Source: Chrysomallon squamiferum (lineage: Eukaryota; Animalia; Mollusca). From it: DNA of 64,000 nucleotides. The notes beneath the pieces are model-generated. The model ran no database searches and was not told where the DNA came from. It was given only the letters and a program-made list of their open reading frames with translations. Location: assembly GCA_012295275.1 (NCBI GenBank), contig CM022670.1:26722001-26786000 (forward strand), written 5' to 3'. Shown here piece by piece: positions 37,601-61,131 of the stretch. Positions within the stretch are counted from its first letter, which is position 1, and each line of letters begins with the position of its first letter. The position numbers and the translations under genes were made by a program.

Positions 37601-39453
37601 ACACTGTATATTTATAGAGTAATTTTTACAAGTTTTGAAATGATTGTTTTTAACTGCAGATTGTGTCTAATAAGAAAACCTCAAAACTAATGTGAATTCT
37701 CCTGCTGTGCTGGAATTACGGACAAGAAATGTGCCATCTTGAGTGTCACTGAGAAACTCATTAGCGTCTGATCTGTAACAAAGAAATTTAAATTAATATT
37801 TGTCAAATGAAATAAAAATAATCATAACAAAACCTTAATTTTACTAACTTTAACCAAAATGCAATTTTAACAACTCCAACAATTATAATATAATCAAATT
37901 TGCATGAGAAATATTATTTTCTTTTATCAGATAGAATTATATTATATTACATTGTTTATAAATACAAGTAGTTGTTAGATGTAATGTGTATGTTTTTTGA
38001 AAGTGCAAACATGTTACTATTACTTCAAAAGTCATTTTTCTACAGAAAGGTGAAGTGTCAGTGTGTGCAAGGCAGATGAATTAGCTCTAAAATTATTTTG
38101 TCACAAAATAAACTCCTATCAGTCATTTTTACAATGATCTGACGAAGTAGTTAAAAAAAAAAAAAAAATTGTGGTTTTCAGATGATATATAAAACTCTTA
38201 CAATCTTTTTTAATGTAAGTTATTAGTAGTAGTGATGGGTAATCCACAACAGTAAAATAGCAACTTAGAAGTGTAAAGATTTTCTTCAGAATATTTATTA
38301 ATAATGCCTCAGCTACACTTTAACAAACCTGGAGATATCTGCCCAGTACCAGTCTGCCTGACTTAGGGACTGTCCCACATGAAGTGCCTGCAGATCAGTG
38401 TACAAGCTTCCACCCTGAAATGTTACACTCAGCTTTGTCATCAGTTTTAAAAGAATGAAGCCCACCAAATAATTAGACCAGTTCTAATTGTGTTTGTCAT
38501 TACAATTTAGTGTTTAGTATTTTTATTTAATTTAAAAGAAATTATCTAACAGCCAAACAAATGGCTGAGCAGTCTTGATCCTGTCACTTGTCATGCATTA
38601 CAACTCTGTATTACATCCTGATATAATGTAGATATGTAGATCCTATCCATTATTATATGTCTTCTAAGAATCCTAATGTTAATCCAGAACAGATTATATT
38701 TTAGAAAATAAACATATAAAAATAAAATGCACCCAGTTAGCACATTTATCCGACCCACAGTCCACCTTCATCTGGGCTACATGTGGGCCAGACAAATATA
38801 ATTTGTATAACTATACAAACTATGAAAATATAAATAAATAAATAAATAAATAAACGAAAAGGAAACCACTATTTTGCCAATAAGTGTCGCATTTTACAGA
38901 TGAACCAAACTGTTAGGTATCGAGATAGCTTAAAACTGTATCACTCAGGAGTTTGTAATTAGTTCAAGTGAGAGTGATAAAATGAAAAATCATTTATAAA
39001 TTAATTAATTATAAATTATATCTCGGACATATTTCATGACAAGGACAACATTTCCAGCTCTTCCTTGTTCGTTGGTATCCATAATCTCGTCTGGATTTGA
39101 CAGAAAAATGTGGATACATGGACCCCCATGCCCAGTGGAATAATCACTTCTAATTCTATCCCATCTACAATTCATTAAAAAATATTATTGATGGTAATAT
39201 TACACAACCGAAGATACTTTCGACAGTATTTCAACTGATACTGTTAATGTGTTAATTGTTCTGCACACTACTTGATTACAAAAATTACACGATTTTAATA
39301 AATGAGTAATTTATTATTTTATATAACACTGTTAACAAGTGCCTTAAATTCCCCTTTTTATCAGATTATATGACATGATCTAAATTTAAATCGGTATTGT
39401 TATGAGCCATCTAAATCTTCATACATTAAAACTAATAATACCTCCTTTGGCAT
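34497..39453 (-). CDS. second PI3K regulatory subunit paralog, short p50/p55-like form (nSH2-iSH2-cSH2), ~400 aa
   Basis: Exons on -: 39453-39442 (MPKE, tentative start), 38414-38329, 37772-37680, 37230-37047, 36776-36645, 36402-36281, 35857-35681, 35263-35057, 34686-34497. Phase-consistent GT-AG. Motifs [51 protein letters not shown]. Confidence 0.9.
35057..35263 (-). CDS. short PIK3R exon: iSH2 end plus cSH2 first part
   Basis: [19 protein letters not shown]...[28 protein letters not shown]. Confidence 0.92.
35681..35857 (-). CDS. short PIK3R exon: iSH2 helix 2
   Basis: [15 protein letters not shown]...[19 protein letters not shown]. Confidence 0.88.
36281..36402 (-). CDS. short PIK3R exon: iSH2
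   Basis: [26 protein letters not shown]. Confidence 0.88.
36645..36776 (-). CDS. short PIK3R exon: iSH2 start
   Basis: [44 protein letters not shown]; phase 0/0. Confidence 0.85.
37047..37230 (-). CDS. short PIK3R exon: nSH2, second part
   Basis: [57 protein letters not shown]; 184 nt, the same length as the paralogous exon. Confidence 0.92.
37149..37386. repeat. 118-bp tandem duplication spanning an exon 5' half and its splice acceptor
   Basis: 37149-37266 and 37267-37384 are identical except g37179 versus a37297. Confidence 0.95.
37680..37772 (-). CDS. short PIK3R exon: nSH2 FLVR
   Basis: [30 protein letters not shown]; weak donor gttttc. Confidence 0.9.
38329..38414 (-). CDS. short PIK3R exon: entry to nSH2
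   Basis: [29 protein letters not shown]. Confidence 0.9.
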
Positions 39454-39489
39454 CTGGTTAGAGTTTGTCAACAAGTGTCCAATTCGCCA

Positions 39490-39580
39490 TGAAAATGTCG
39501 TAATTTACATGTATATATTATACTTAGAACATCCGGAAGTGATTTCGTACGATTACGACATAAATCGGTACATTTCGGAC
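39490..39580 (-). promoter_or_regulatory. probable promoter of the short PIK3R gene (ETS/GABP site)
   Basis: CCGGAAGTG at 39533-39541 in a CpG-enriched patch just upstream of the putative first exon (donor gag|gtatta at 39442). Confidence 0.45.
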
Positions 39581-41034
39581 AATTTCAGTCTATTGTTTTA
39601 AGAAAACAAACAAACAAACAAACAAAAAACAAAACATACAATAATGTTCGATTTATCGATTGGACTAACCTATTATCGTGTACAAATGTTTCCAAGACAA
39701 AAATAATAGTCTCAGGCATCCCTATATATTTGCGAAATCATTTCTTGAGCTAAAAAACCCCATAAACTTCTAATAAAATTATATAGTTACTTCAAACATT
39801 TTATACATAAGTACTCACTAAAAATATTTTTAAAAAAAATAAATAAAAAAAATTCTAACCTGTTAAGAACAGGCGCGTATATTGGAGGTTGTTCATAAAG
39901 GCACGCTTAAACTGTGCACTCGTACTAAAAACATTCATAATAATTAATACTCTTTAGATTAGCCCATAAACAAAGTTAGCTATAGTCGACCCTCCTTTTA
40001 AGTAAAATGACATACATATAATTTAAGATCAATTTTCAAAAGGATTAAAGTTGCACATTTTGCATTAATATATATGCTGTAGGTAGCATGGACCAACAGG
40101 AACGATAACTCGTAACGGCACAAATTACGTCACGGAAAAAAGCTTCAAGCAATTTCGCCGATTTAATGGTACAAACAATCCCTAAATGTTTGGTTTTTTT
40201 CCTGCTGGGTTGTGACAGGAGAAACATTGACAACTACAAAAGTTAATACATTAATCTTATACCGCATTATGATTTCAGTTTATTATGCACACATTTACAC
40301 AAAAATAATCCAGTTTGAAAAGTTTGATGAAGTTGAAAAGGTAGTTAGAAATGGCGCATGACATCATGGTTTGGTAATATGAACAACCATCCTTATCTTT
40401 ATCAGTGTAAATCATAAAAAGTTCTGAAAAATGGAAGGCAAAATAATTTATATTTGGAAGTTTAAACATTTCCGCGAGTTCACGGAAACTTCCGATTAAA
40501 ATCCAATATGGCAGCGTCGAAAGCCGATTAGTGTTTACAAATGTTTAAATACGTATGCCTTCACAATGCAGTCAATTCTACATATAGTATTAAAAGTAAT
40601 TTTGGGGAAATATGTCATTTTATCAATGCCTCGTATAAATAGAAGTCTATTATCGAACAGAAATTGCTGCAAAGGTCGAAACCTTTTTTGTTTTTGGTAA
40701 CTTTGACGTCATACCATTTCGTACTATATATATTTTTTCTGATATTTTTAGAAGTCGCCAGCCAAAGAAAAAAAAAAAAAAAAAATTAAATAAAACAAAA
40801 TAATTTTCATAGATACTGGCGCGTGAATATGAAGATGACTTCTCATTAGATACCATAATGTGGACACGTTACTCTGCTAAAACTTCATAGCAGACAGTTC
40901 TGACTACCAAGTTGTAAAACAATACTTGAAACCATTATAATTCTTTATATATATATTTTCATTTTCAATGCATTAGAGGTAGTATTTAATTGTAAAAACA
41001 AACTGATCACGTGCCATTTGAAGGCTTACCTTGA

Positions 41035-41096
41035 TACATTCATTATAATGCTTTAATCGGTTTTACATTCATTATAATGCTTTAATCGGTTTTACA
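41035..41096. repeat. perfect 29-bp tandem duplication
   Basis: tacattcattataatgctttaatcggttt twice, followed by taca. Confidence 0.9.
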
Positions 41097-41766
41097 ACAG
41101 AAAATTTACAAAAAAACTAAAGGTCTGACAAACGGCCTTATAAAAATTAAATTTTCACTCGTTCGTTAAAACAAAAAGCATTCAACTTCTAAAACATGTA
41201 CCATTATGTATCCAAACAATGAACTACCGTAGAGGCATTCTTAAGCAACTAATAAAAAATAAAAAGTTGTTTTTGAATTTAGGAACATTTTTCAGTACTA
41301 AGTAAATATTAGTATTTTACTCACCGTATTAATATTAGTATATAATATATAAAAATCAGAAATAAAAATAACAGACACGAATGTAATTTGACTTTTTTTT
41401 TTCAGATGTGTATCTACAATGAATTATGACATGATGTACAAAATAAATAATATTTACATTTTTTTTCCTTTGTGAATCTACATAGCACTTTTGTAACAAT
41501 GTCTTAAACTGTCTCAGTTTTATTTTCTATAAACTAATTTTAGTTTTCATTGAAAATCGAAGTCATTTTTGTCCAAATCGTGAATTCGAAGCACAATCAA
41601 AATTTCCAATTTTTGAATATCGCGCCCATTTAGGCGGGATACTATAGCTTGCTGCCTTTGAAGTAGTCCCTGATGCAAAGAACACAACCGATATGTCGTC
41701 GGTTATGGCGATCATGAATATTACACATGGATAGTTTAATTATAGGAATACTGAAACAATGTCCGT

Positions 41767-42303
41767 TTACTTTTTGACGGGTTTCTTTGCTGCTACCTTT
41801 TTCGGAATTTTTGCCTTCTTTGGAGTCTTGGGTTTCTTTGGCTTGGCCGTTTTGGCCGTCTTAGGTTTCGATGACACCTTTTTGGGCGATTTCTTCACTT
41901 TAGGTTTCTTGACTTTGTCTTTAGGCTTGGCAGCAGATTTTGGTTTTTTAGCTTTCTTTGGTTTGGGTGCTTTGGGTTTTTTGGCTTTAGGCGTCTTCTT
42001 CACCTTTTCTTCACCAAGTCGGAACGACCCTGATGCACCTGTTCCCTTAGACTGTTTCAGTGATTTGTTTTTCACCCCAGCTCGAAGAGCCAACTTGAGA
42101 TGACTGTTGACGGTCTTCTCATCAGCAACTTTGTAATGCTTCATAATGTAGCTGAGAATTGCCTGTCTCGACGAGCCATGTCGATCTTTCAAAGCCGAAA
42201 TAGCAGCTTTAATCATCTCGTTGTATTTTGGATGGCTTGATACCTTCTTTGTCTTGCTTGCCGTCTTCTTAGCTGCTTTCTGTACTGGTGCTGCGTCTGT
42301 CAT
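41767..42303 (-). CDS. histone H1 (solitary, H1.0/H1-delta-like), 178 aa
   Basis: Intronless ORF. Globular domain SHPKYNEMIKAAISALKDRHGSSRQAILSYI...LKQSKGTGASGSFRLG; K/A/P-rich tail with TPKA, SPKK and TPKK. Confidence 0.96.
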   Translation of the reverse strand: MTDAAPVQKAAKKTASKTKKVSSHPKYNEMIKAAISALKDRHGSSRQAILSYIMKHYKVADEKTVNSHLKLALRAGVKNKSLKQSKGTGASGSFRLGEEKVKKTPKAKKPKAPKPKKAKKPKSAAKPKDKVKKPKVKKSPKKVSSKPKTAKTAKPKKPKTPKKAKIPKKVAAKKPVKK

Positions 42304-42393
42304 TTTCAGGACAATTCAAAATCTGATACTTTTTCAACAGTTACCTCTGACGCGCCTCAAACTAGTGAATATTGAAAATCGCGGCTCTTCTCC

Positions 42394-42855
42394 TATTTAT
42401 GAGGCGATAGCGGACTTCAATGTAGACAGCAAACAACTGAGGTCTCGATCGCGGCTTGGATTCTTGTAAACACGATATTTGTGTTTCCTACCCTTCTTTT
42501 CTTGTTAATATCTTTAAAAATAAAAAAATTATATACCTGAATTTATGTTTTTCATGAGTAGGGAACATTATTTTATATGTCTGATTAAAATTATTTTCTT
42601 CTCTGAATTAATTTGAGAGAAATATGCATTTTATTAAAATAAATATTTTGTTCTGTAACAACAGTACTCACAATGAGGTTAAACTTATTAAAAAATAAGA
42701 TAATATGATCTGTTTTATTATTGTTTGATTTCATCTGTAAATCCTAAACTTTAATGGGAAGTTAATAATTAATCTTAAAACCTTTATTTAATTAGCCATT
42801 TATGACAAACATAAAGGTACACAAACACAAAACTGCCTGGTGGCCGCCATTTTCA
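42394..42855 (-). promoter_or_regulatory. H1 gene promoter: YY1-like site, TG-box, H1/AC-box, TCCGC element, TATA-like
   Basis: On - strand: TGAAAATGGCGG 42855-42844; TGTGTTT 42829-42823; AGGAAACACA 42489-42480; TCCGC 42414-42410; CATAAATA 42401-42394. Confidence 0.72.
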
Positions 42856-44201
42856 GTCTCGTAGTGTTTGTATAGTTTTTATTAAATGATTGTTTTTAAG
42901 TATAAAAATGCTATTTTAATGGTTGTTATGATAACTATTAATAATAATATTTCATACATTTTCCAAAACATATAGTTTTTATACATAGTCAGCTTTAATT
43001 GGTTTATTTTTAACATATTTAGTGATAGCACACTGCGCGTCTTAGGACATGAAGGCTTATTAAATATAACTAGTTCCTGTATATGTTTTACATAAACTTT
43101 AATATTTTATATGATAGTAATCCTGTGAAATAAAATCGTAATAAAAATATATTAATAGAATGGAAAAGCTAGAATTCAAATATATTTGGATTTTAGAGAC
43201 TAAATGAGTAACAGATTTATTTTGATTCGGCCGATGACCTCCTTCACTGTCGTTTTTCATCGTTTACAACGCGCAGTAAATATATTTTTAATAAACACAA
43301 GAAAAAGCAATGTGATAAAGGCAAAATTATTATCAGTTAAATCATTAAAATAAAATAAAACAAAACAAACAAAATAATGTCATCCTAGGAGGAATTTTCA
43401 GGTGAGGTTATAGGGCTGGCGATCCGGACAGCCGAAGACTTACATAGAGTTACAGATCGGTCTCTCACATTGTAATGATAGCCATTGATGTAAAGAAACA
43501 GGAACCATTGTATTTTGTTGGATATATTAATATGTTTGAATGAACAATTTATTTTTTCCTATACAAGTAGAAAGTTTTAAATGAGTACAGTGAAAAAAGT
43601 AGACTATATTTTTTTCTATCAACAAGAAAAGAAAGGTTTTCAGATCAGTTCAATTTCAATATCCTTCCTGATTTTCTTCTGCTCATGAAGACAAAATCTA
43701 AAGTACTTATTTTAATGGAATATATAATTTAATTATGAAATTTTATTGTACATTTTAAAAATATAAATAAATAAATAAACTGAAGAAAATTACTGAATAA
43801 TAATAACAACAACAACAATAATAATAATCCAGAGAGAGGAATAAATTAATATTATGGATTAGCTAGTGTTTGTGATGTATACTGATGTATATTCTGAGTT
43901 ACTTATATAGTGATGGTGGTTAAAAAAAGAAGTAATAATAAAAAATAAAATAAGAAAAAAGTTAAATTAATTTTATAAAAAGTTAGTGAATAGGTATATA
44001 GTAAGTTTATTATTATTGTTATTTTTATTATTATTATTATTATTTTGTGAAAGAATGTGGGACAAAATATAATTAAAAAATCAAAACATCACAGAAAGAT
44101 ATGCTCTCTCTTTCTCTCTTTCTCATATGGAGTATTGATTGAAAGCTGTATACATTTCTTTTGGTCTGGTTAAAAAGAAAAAAGTTTGAAAGATTCAATT
44201 A

Positions 44202-44245
<44 letters not shown>

Positions 44246-46537
44246 AGAAGAAGAAGAAAAAAGAGAAGGCTTAGTCCATGAACTTTAACTTCAGCTATCT
44301 AAAATGTGGAAAGTTGAATTAAAAAAAAGAAGAAAAACAACTAAAACTAAACTAAACTAATAAAAAAATAAATGATCAGTGTATAATGTAAAATTCACAA
44401 TGATATGGAAATTTGTAATCTGTTATATATTTGGATTAAAATGAATTAATAATTTGAGTAATATTGGTCAATATATAATTTAATAATTGGTTCATTATGA
44501 TACTGGTTGATCTCTCTCAGTCTGTCTCATTTAGAAGTTGAATAAATTTTACATTTTATATTTTATTATTAATGAATTTAAAGGATTCATTCATTCATTT
44601 AGCAGATTATTAAAATTATATGCACTTTTGTTTATTTAGCAGTAGCTTCTAAATTCTTAAATTACCTCCCTTGCATTGATCCATCATTTTGAAAGCATTT
44701 ACATTTAGACTAGAGGCGTACCACTTAATGGAATCTATATGTGTATTAAAAATAATAAACAAAGAACAAAAAAACACAACTGAAATTATTAACATTTTAT
44801 TACTTAAAAAGCTTTCTCAAATATTCTTTGTATACAAATATATTTACAAAAAGAAATAATTGTGAAACAAAGGATGAATTGTGAACTGTGTTTGTTTATG
44901 TAATTCAAGGCACTGTCATTTGGACGGGTTGTTACTTAATGTGTTAACCCTTTCTAACCTGAACTTTCCCCAACATCAGAATAATAGGATAGGCTATGTG
45001 AATGAAATTAAGAAAATTGGCAATTTTACATCTCCCCAATTAAAAATACTTTTTAATAAAATATTTAAACAGGATGAGTTTTAAAATACTGAAAAACAAA
45101 AACAAAACTTGAAATCTAATGGTCAGCATTATGTTTAACTAAGTAAGATCAGTGACAAAGAATAATAATTATCAATAATCCATTTTGGTTTCAAAAATAA
45201 TATTTTTGTTTTCTGTTGAAGAAATCAATTAAAAAAGCAATTACACTTTTGATTTTACATAATTTTCTTATCTTTTAATGTATTAAACTTTTTATCACTA
45301 GAATATTTAAAGAAAAATAAGTACAAAAGACTTTTGAGAGTTAATTGTATATAGTCTTTTGAAAATTATCATTTCATTGGTTCATTAAATAATCATCATT
45401 GTGAACATTCAGCTCCCAATATGGTACTGCTATAAGATTATTTTTTCTTTTTGTTTTGGCACTCTACACTGAACATAAAATATGACTAAATTTAATCATA
45501 TCAAATGTAATAATGTTTTTTGGAATGTCAAGATTGTTTGGCAATTTAAACACAATTTAAATGTTAATTTATTGTCTATTTTACTAACCACTTAAAGAAT
45601 TTTGAAAGAATGTCTTGAAAAAATTTAAATTTTGAATTTTGGCTTTCCCAAATTGGAATTAATAGAAGGAAAGAAAAATGAAATTAGATACAGATTTGAA
45701 AATTAACATGGTTACGTCATTACCTGTATCAGTAAAATGATTATTTATTTACTGGAGATAAGATATAAAATAAAGTGTGCAAAGTGCTTGTGAAAAAAAA
45801 CAAAATTATAAATATAATACAACTGTAATTTTCACTAAATGTGCAAAACAGAGGTGGGAAAATAACAGAATTATTTACAATATCTTTTTAGTAATTATTT
45901 AAAGATGAAATTTCATAAATGTTACCAAAAATATACATTTTATTTCCATTTTATATTATGTATAAAATAAAGATGTGTTGGTATCAAATATATATGTATT
46001 TTTGTTGTTGTATAAAACATCATACTGTACCATTTAAAAAAATGAAATTTAAAAAAAAATAATTATAAAAAAATCAAGACAATTCAAAGAATAAAAAACA
46101 TAAAAGCAAGATCTATTAAGCTTTGCAAATGGCCCCAATCAAAATTAACCGTTTTAAAATGGACATTAATTCATTTTTATTTATTTTTGAGCATTTTTGA
46201 AAAGCTATCTGTCCTTGGAATGTTACTTGCAACTATGATTGTATCACATTAGACAATTTTTGGTCACTGGTTTTTTTTTTTTTTTTTTTTCAATTGCATT
46301 TGATAATTTGTAACAAAATCTACTACTGGCTGTTTGCAACAAAAGCTACAAAAGGCCATTTGTTAACAAAAGGTTTAATTGGTCCCAAAGATAAATCACA
46401 AGAGAAGCACTCATTGTAACACAAGTGAAATATTAAGATATTAACCATGTCATACCATGTATGATTATACCAATAATGTATTAACAGAAATTACTTCACA
46501 TTATTGCCAGATTATTAATTTTAAAAAAATGCATTAA

Positions 46538-46585
<48 letters not shown>

Positions 46586-47069
46586 TAATAATAATAACAT
46601 AATAAATAAAATAAAATAATAAATAAATAAATAAATAAATAAAACTCAAATATCTAAAAGAAATAAAATATTTCTGATTTACACAACATTTTGGATTTGT
46701 TTGGTCAAGGAATGAAACTATACGAGTGTACAAGATAAATATTAAAATTATTTTTATAAAGTGTGAAGAAATTCAAGAGTGACAATAAGTATACCAAATT
46801 CTGTTTTTAAAATGTGGACTTTCTCTTTGATAGTCTCATGAGGAAATTGGATAAAAAAAAAAAAAAAATAATAATAATAATAATAATAATAATTTTAAAA
46901 AACCCACCTTAAGTATTCAGCTGAATTAACAGTGAAATTTGTATTAAATTCCAAGCTGACAATAAAATATCTATTGATATTTAACACATTATTTTTAAGA
47001 ACTGTTATATTTTGAAAACTGTAAAATATCTCAGTATAAGCAACATTATCACATTGGTAATTATTTCAG

Positions 47070-47111
<42 letters not shown>

Positions 47112-48358
47112 AAAAAACGTTTTCATTTCAGGATCAAACAGTTGCATAGCATAAGAGAATACATTGAATAAAACTTAAATTTCAATATATATGTATATAG
47201 TTATATGTACATTTATATTCCTATGTATTCTATTACACCTTATTAACAAAAACACTCATTTATTCAAAGATGCATACATATAGTGTAATTCAACATTCAT
47301 GCATTATACTAAACCCAGGCAGTTAAGTGCATTCTATGGTTGCCTTTATTTATATAAAAAAAAAAATTAAAAAAAATTAAAAAATTAAAAATAATAATAG
47401 TAATAATAAAATAAATAATAATAATAATAACAATAATAACAGTAATAATAATAATAAGAAGAAGAATAAAAACAATAAAACAAGGTTAACAAAATGTACA
47501 AATTATCTACATAATGGCATCCTGAAGCCATGGAGATCAATGTAAAACTGGATATTTTATGACTTGCTACCCCCATCATGGTTGTCATGTTAGTACTAAC
47601 TGTAGAAGACCACACTGATGCAGTTGTCATTGGTGGCTTGAGATCACAAGGCAACACATGAGTGACTAGTTTGAAGAAGGCACATGTAAACAAGATTTTA
47701 AAAATAAAATTTCATTTCTTCATATTTATTTATTAATTATTGTTATTATTATTATTTAATTTGAAAAAAAACTTTGGACCCATTAGTGTCATCTATTATC
47801 TTTGGCAATGATGGAAAATCTGTAACATCTATAACCAAAAGTACTCATTCTATTAAAAAAAATAATAACTTAGGCTTTTTTTTTATCTTTTTTATTTTTT
47901 TCTTCCTAATTTGGGTATCACAGGTTGGAATACATCTGTCTGTTAAATAAACCAATTACAAACTTAATTCAGCTGAAATTTATGTATAATAAAGCAAAAA
48001 TGTCTTTCTGGAATGATGTTAAGTTTCCTGAAATATTATCCAAGTACAACTTTCTAACAATAATGTATCCTGGTTACCTCCCTTTGTCATGAAAAATCAA
48101 CCATACATGCTTGTTTCCAGCATCAAAATTATAGAGTCACATACAACAAGTTCCCATTCATATTTTTCTTTCTCTCTCTGTATGTCTTTGCATAGAAATA
48201 TACAAGTTAACATCTGTCTTGTATCATCACATTGGTCCAAGCATATCACCATTTAGTTCAGAAATATTGCAAACAAATGATGAGCAAACATCTGAATAAA
48301 CATTGCAAAGTGTATATTGGCTATAGCCGCCATCTTCTCCTGGACAGCAGTTCCTTTG

Positions 48359-60091
<11,733 letters not shown>

Positions 60092-61090
60092 TTAAAACAA
60101 GAAGATGTATTGCTTTATTGCGGAGTAATTGTCCTTGTAGTATGTTAACATATGCAAACACACATGCAGGCACACATCCAGGCACACATCCAGGCACACG
60201 CACACGCACAAGAACACACAATGACAAGTAATCCTTTTTTTAAATTATATATATATAAAAACAATAACAACAGTACAACAACAATAACATGATAATATAT
60301 ATTTTTAAACAACTGAATATTTGCTGTTTTCTAACCGTATGAATTAAAACGATAAAATGTTTCTGTTAAGTGTAAGATTCGGTTAAATGCATGAATGTTA
60401 ATACAATTTATTTAGTATTCAAAGCAAAACAAATAAACAAAAAAACCAAAACGGAATCTAGTATATGTGGATATACCAAATATAATAATTTCAGATGCAT
60501 AATTGAAGTAAACTTTTTCCTTTTTAAGTTTACTCAGTGAATGTTCATAAAATATATTTCTACAACAGATGGGACAGTTCAGATTCTTTCAATCAAATTA
60601 ACTGTTAGCTACTGGCCTAATGTGTCTACTTTCAAAGCATCAAGCTGCCCGTTTTATCTGCTGTATGAAGATGGTTTAATTTTTTTCCAGAGTCAGTTCC
60701 CATAATCAGCAAAACAAAATTCTAGAGCATTTTTTTCCTCTCTCTGTAACATCTCGATAAGCCTGTGTAATTTGATCAGCGTTATCAAAAGCTTTATTGA
60801 ATAAAGAGATAGATTGACGTGATTTGGGGGTCAAAGGAACAAGAATCTGAAGATAAAGTCAACGGTTTATCGCAGGATGGAATGTATTACTCCTCTTTGG
60901 GTATCTTTAAATAAATGATGGGCAAAGCAAAGTAGAAGATTTTTTTGAAGGTTGAATTTTTACGAGTAGTGAAACATACTGAGCAACAAGTGACTTGATT
61001 CCCCATTCATTAATAGGTAATATTAAACATCTTAGTTGTTTTGTTGTTGTTGTTTTTTTGTTCGTGGTTGTGTGTGTGTGTGTGTGTGTG

Positions 61091-61131
<41 letters not shown>

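Noticed and set aside
41686-41704. Hairpin AACCGA-7 nt-TCGGTT about 60 nt after the H1 stop
   Set aside because: The 7-nt loop and sequence do not match the 6-bp stem, 4-nt loop histone stem-loop consensus.
41759-42103. 114-aa hydrophobic ORF on +
   Set aside because: Antisense shadow of the second H1 gene.
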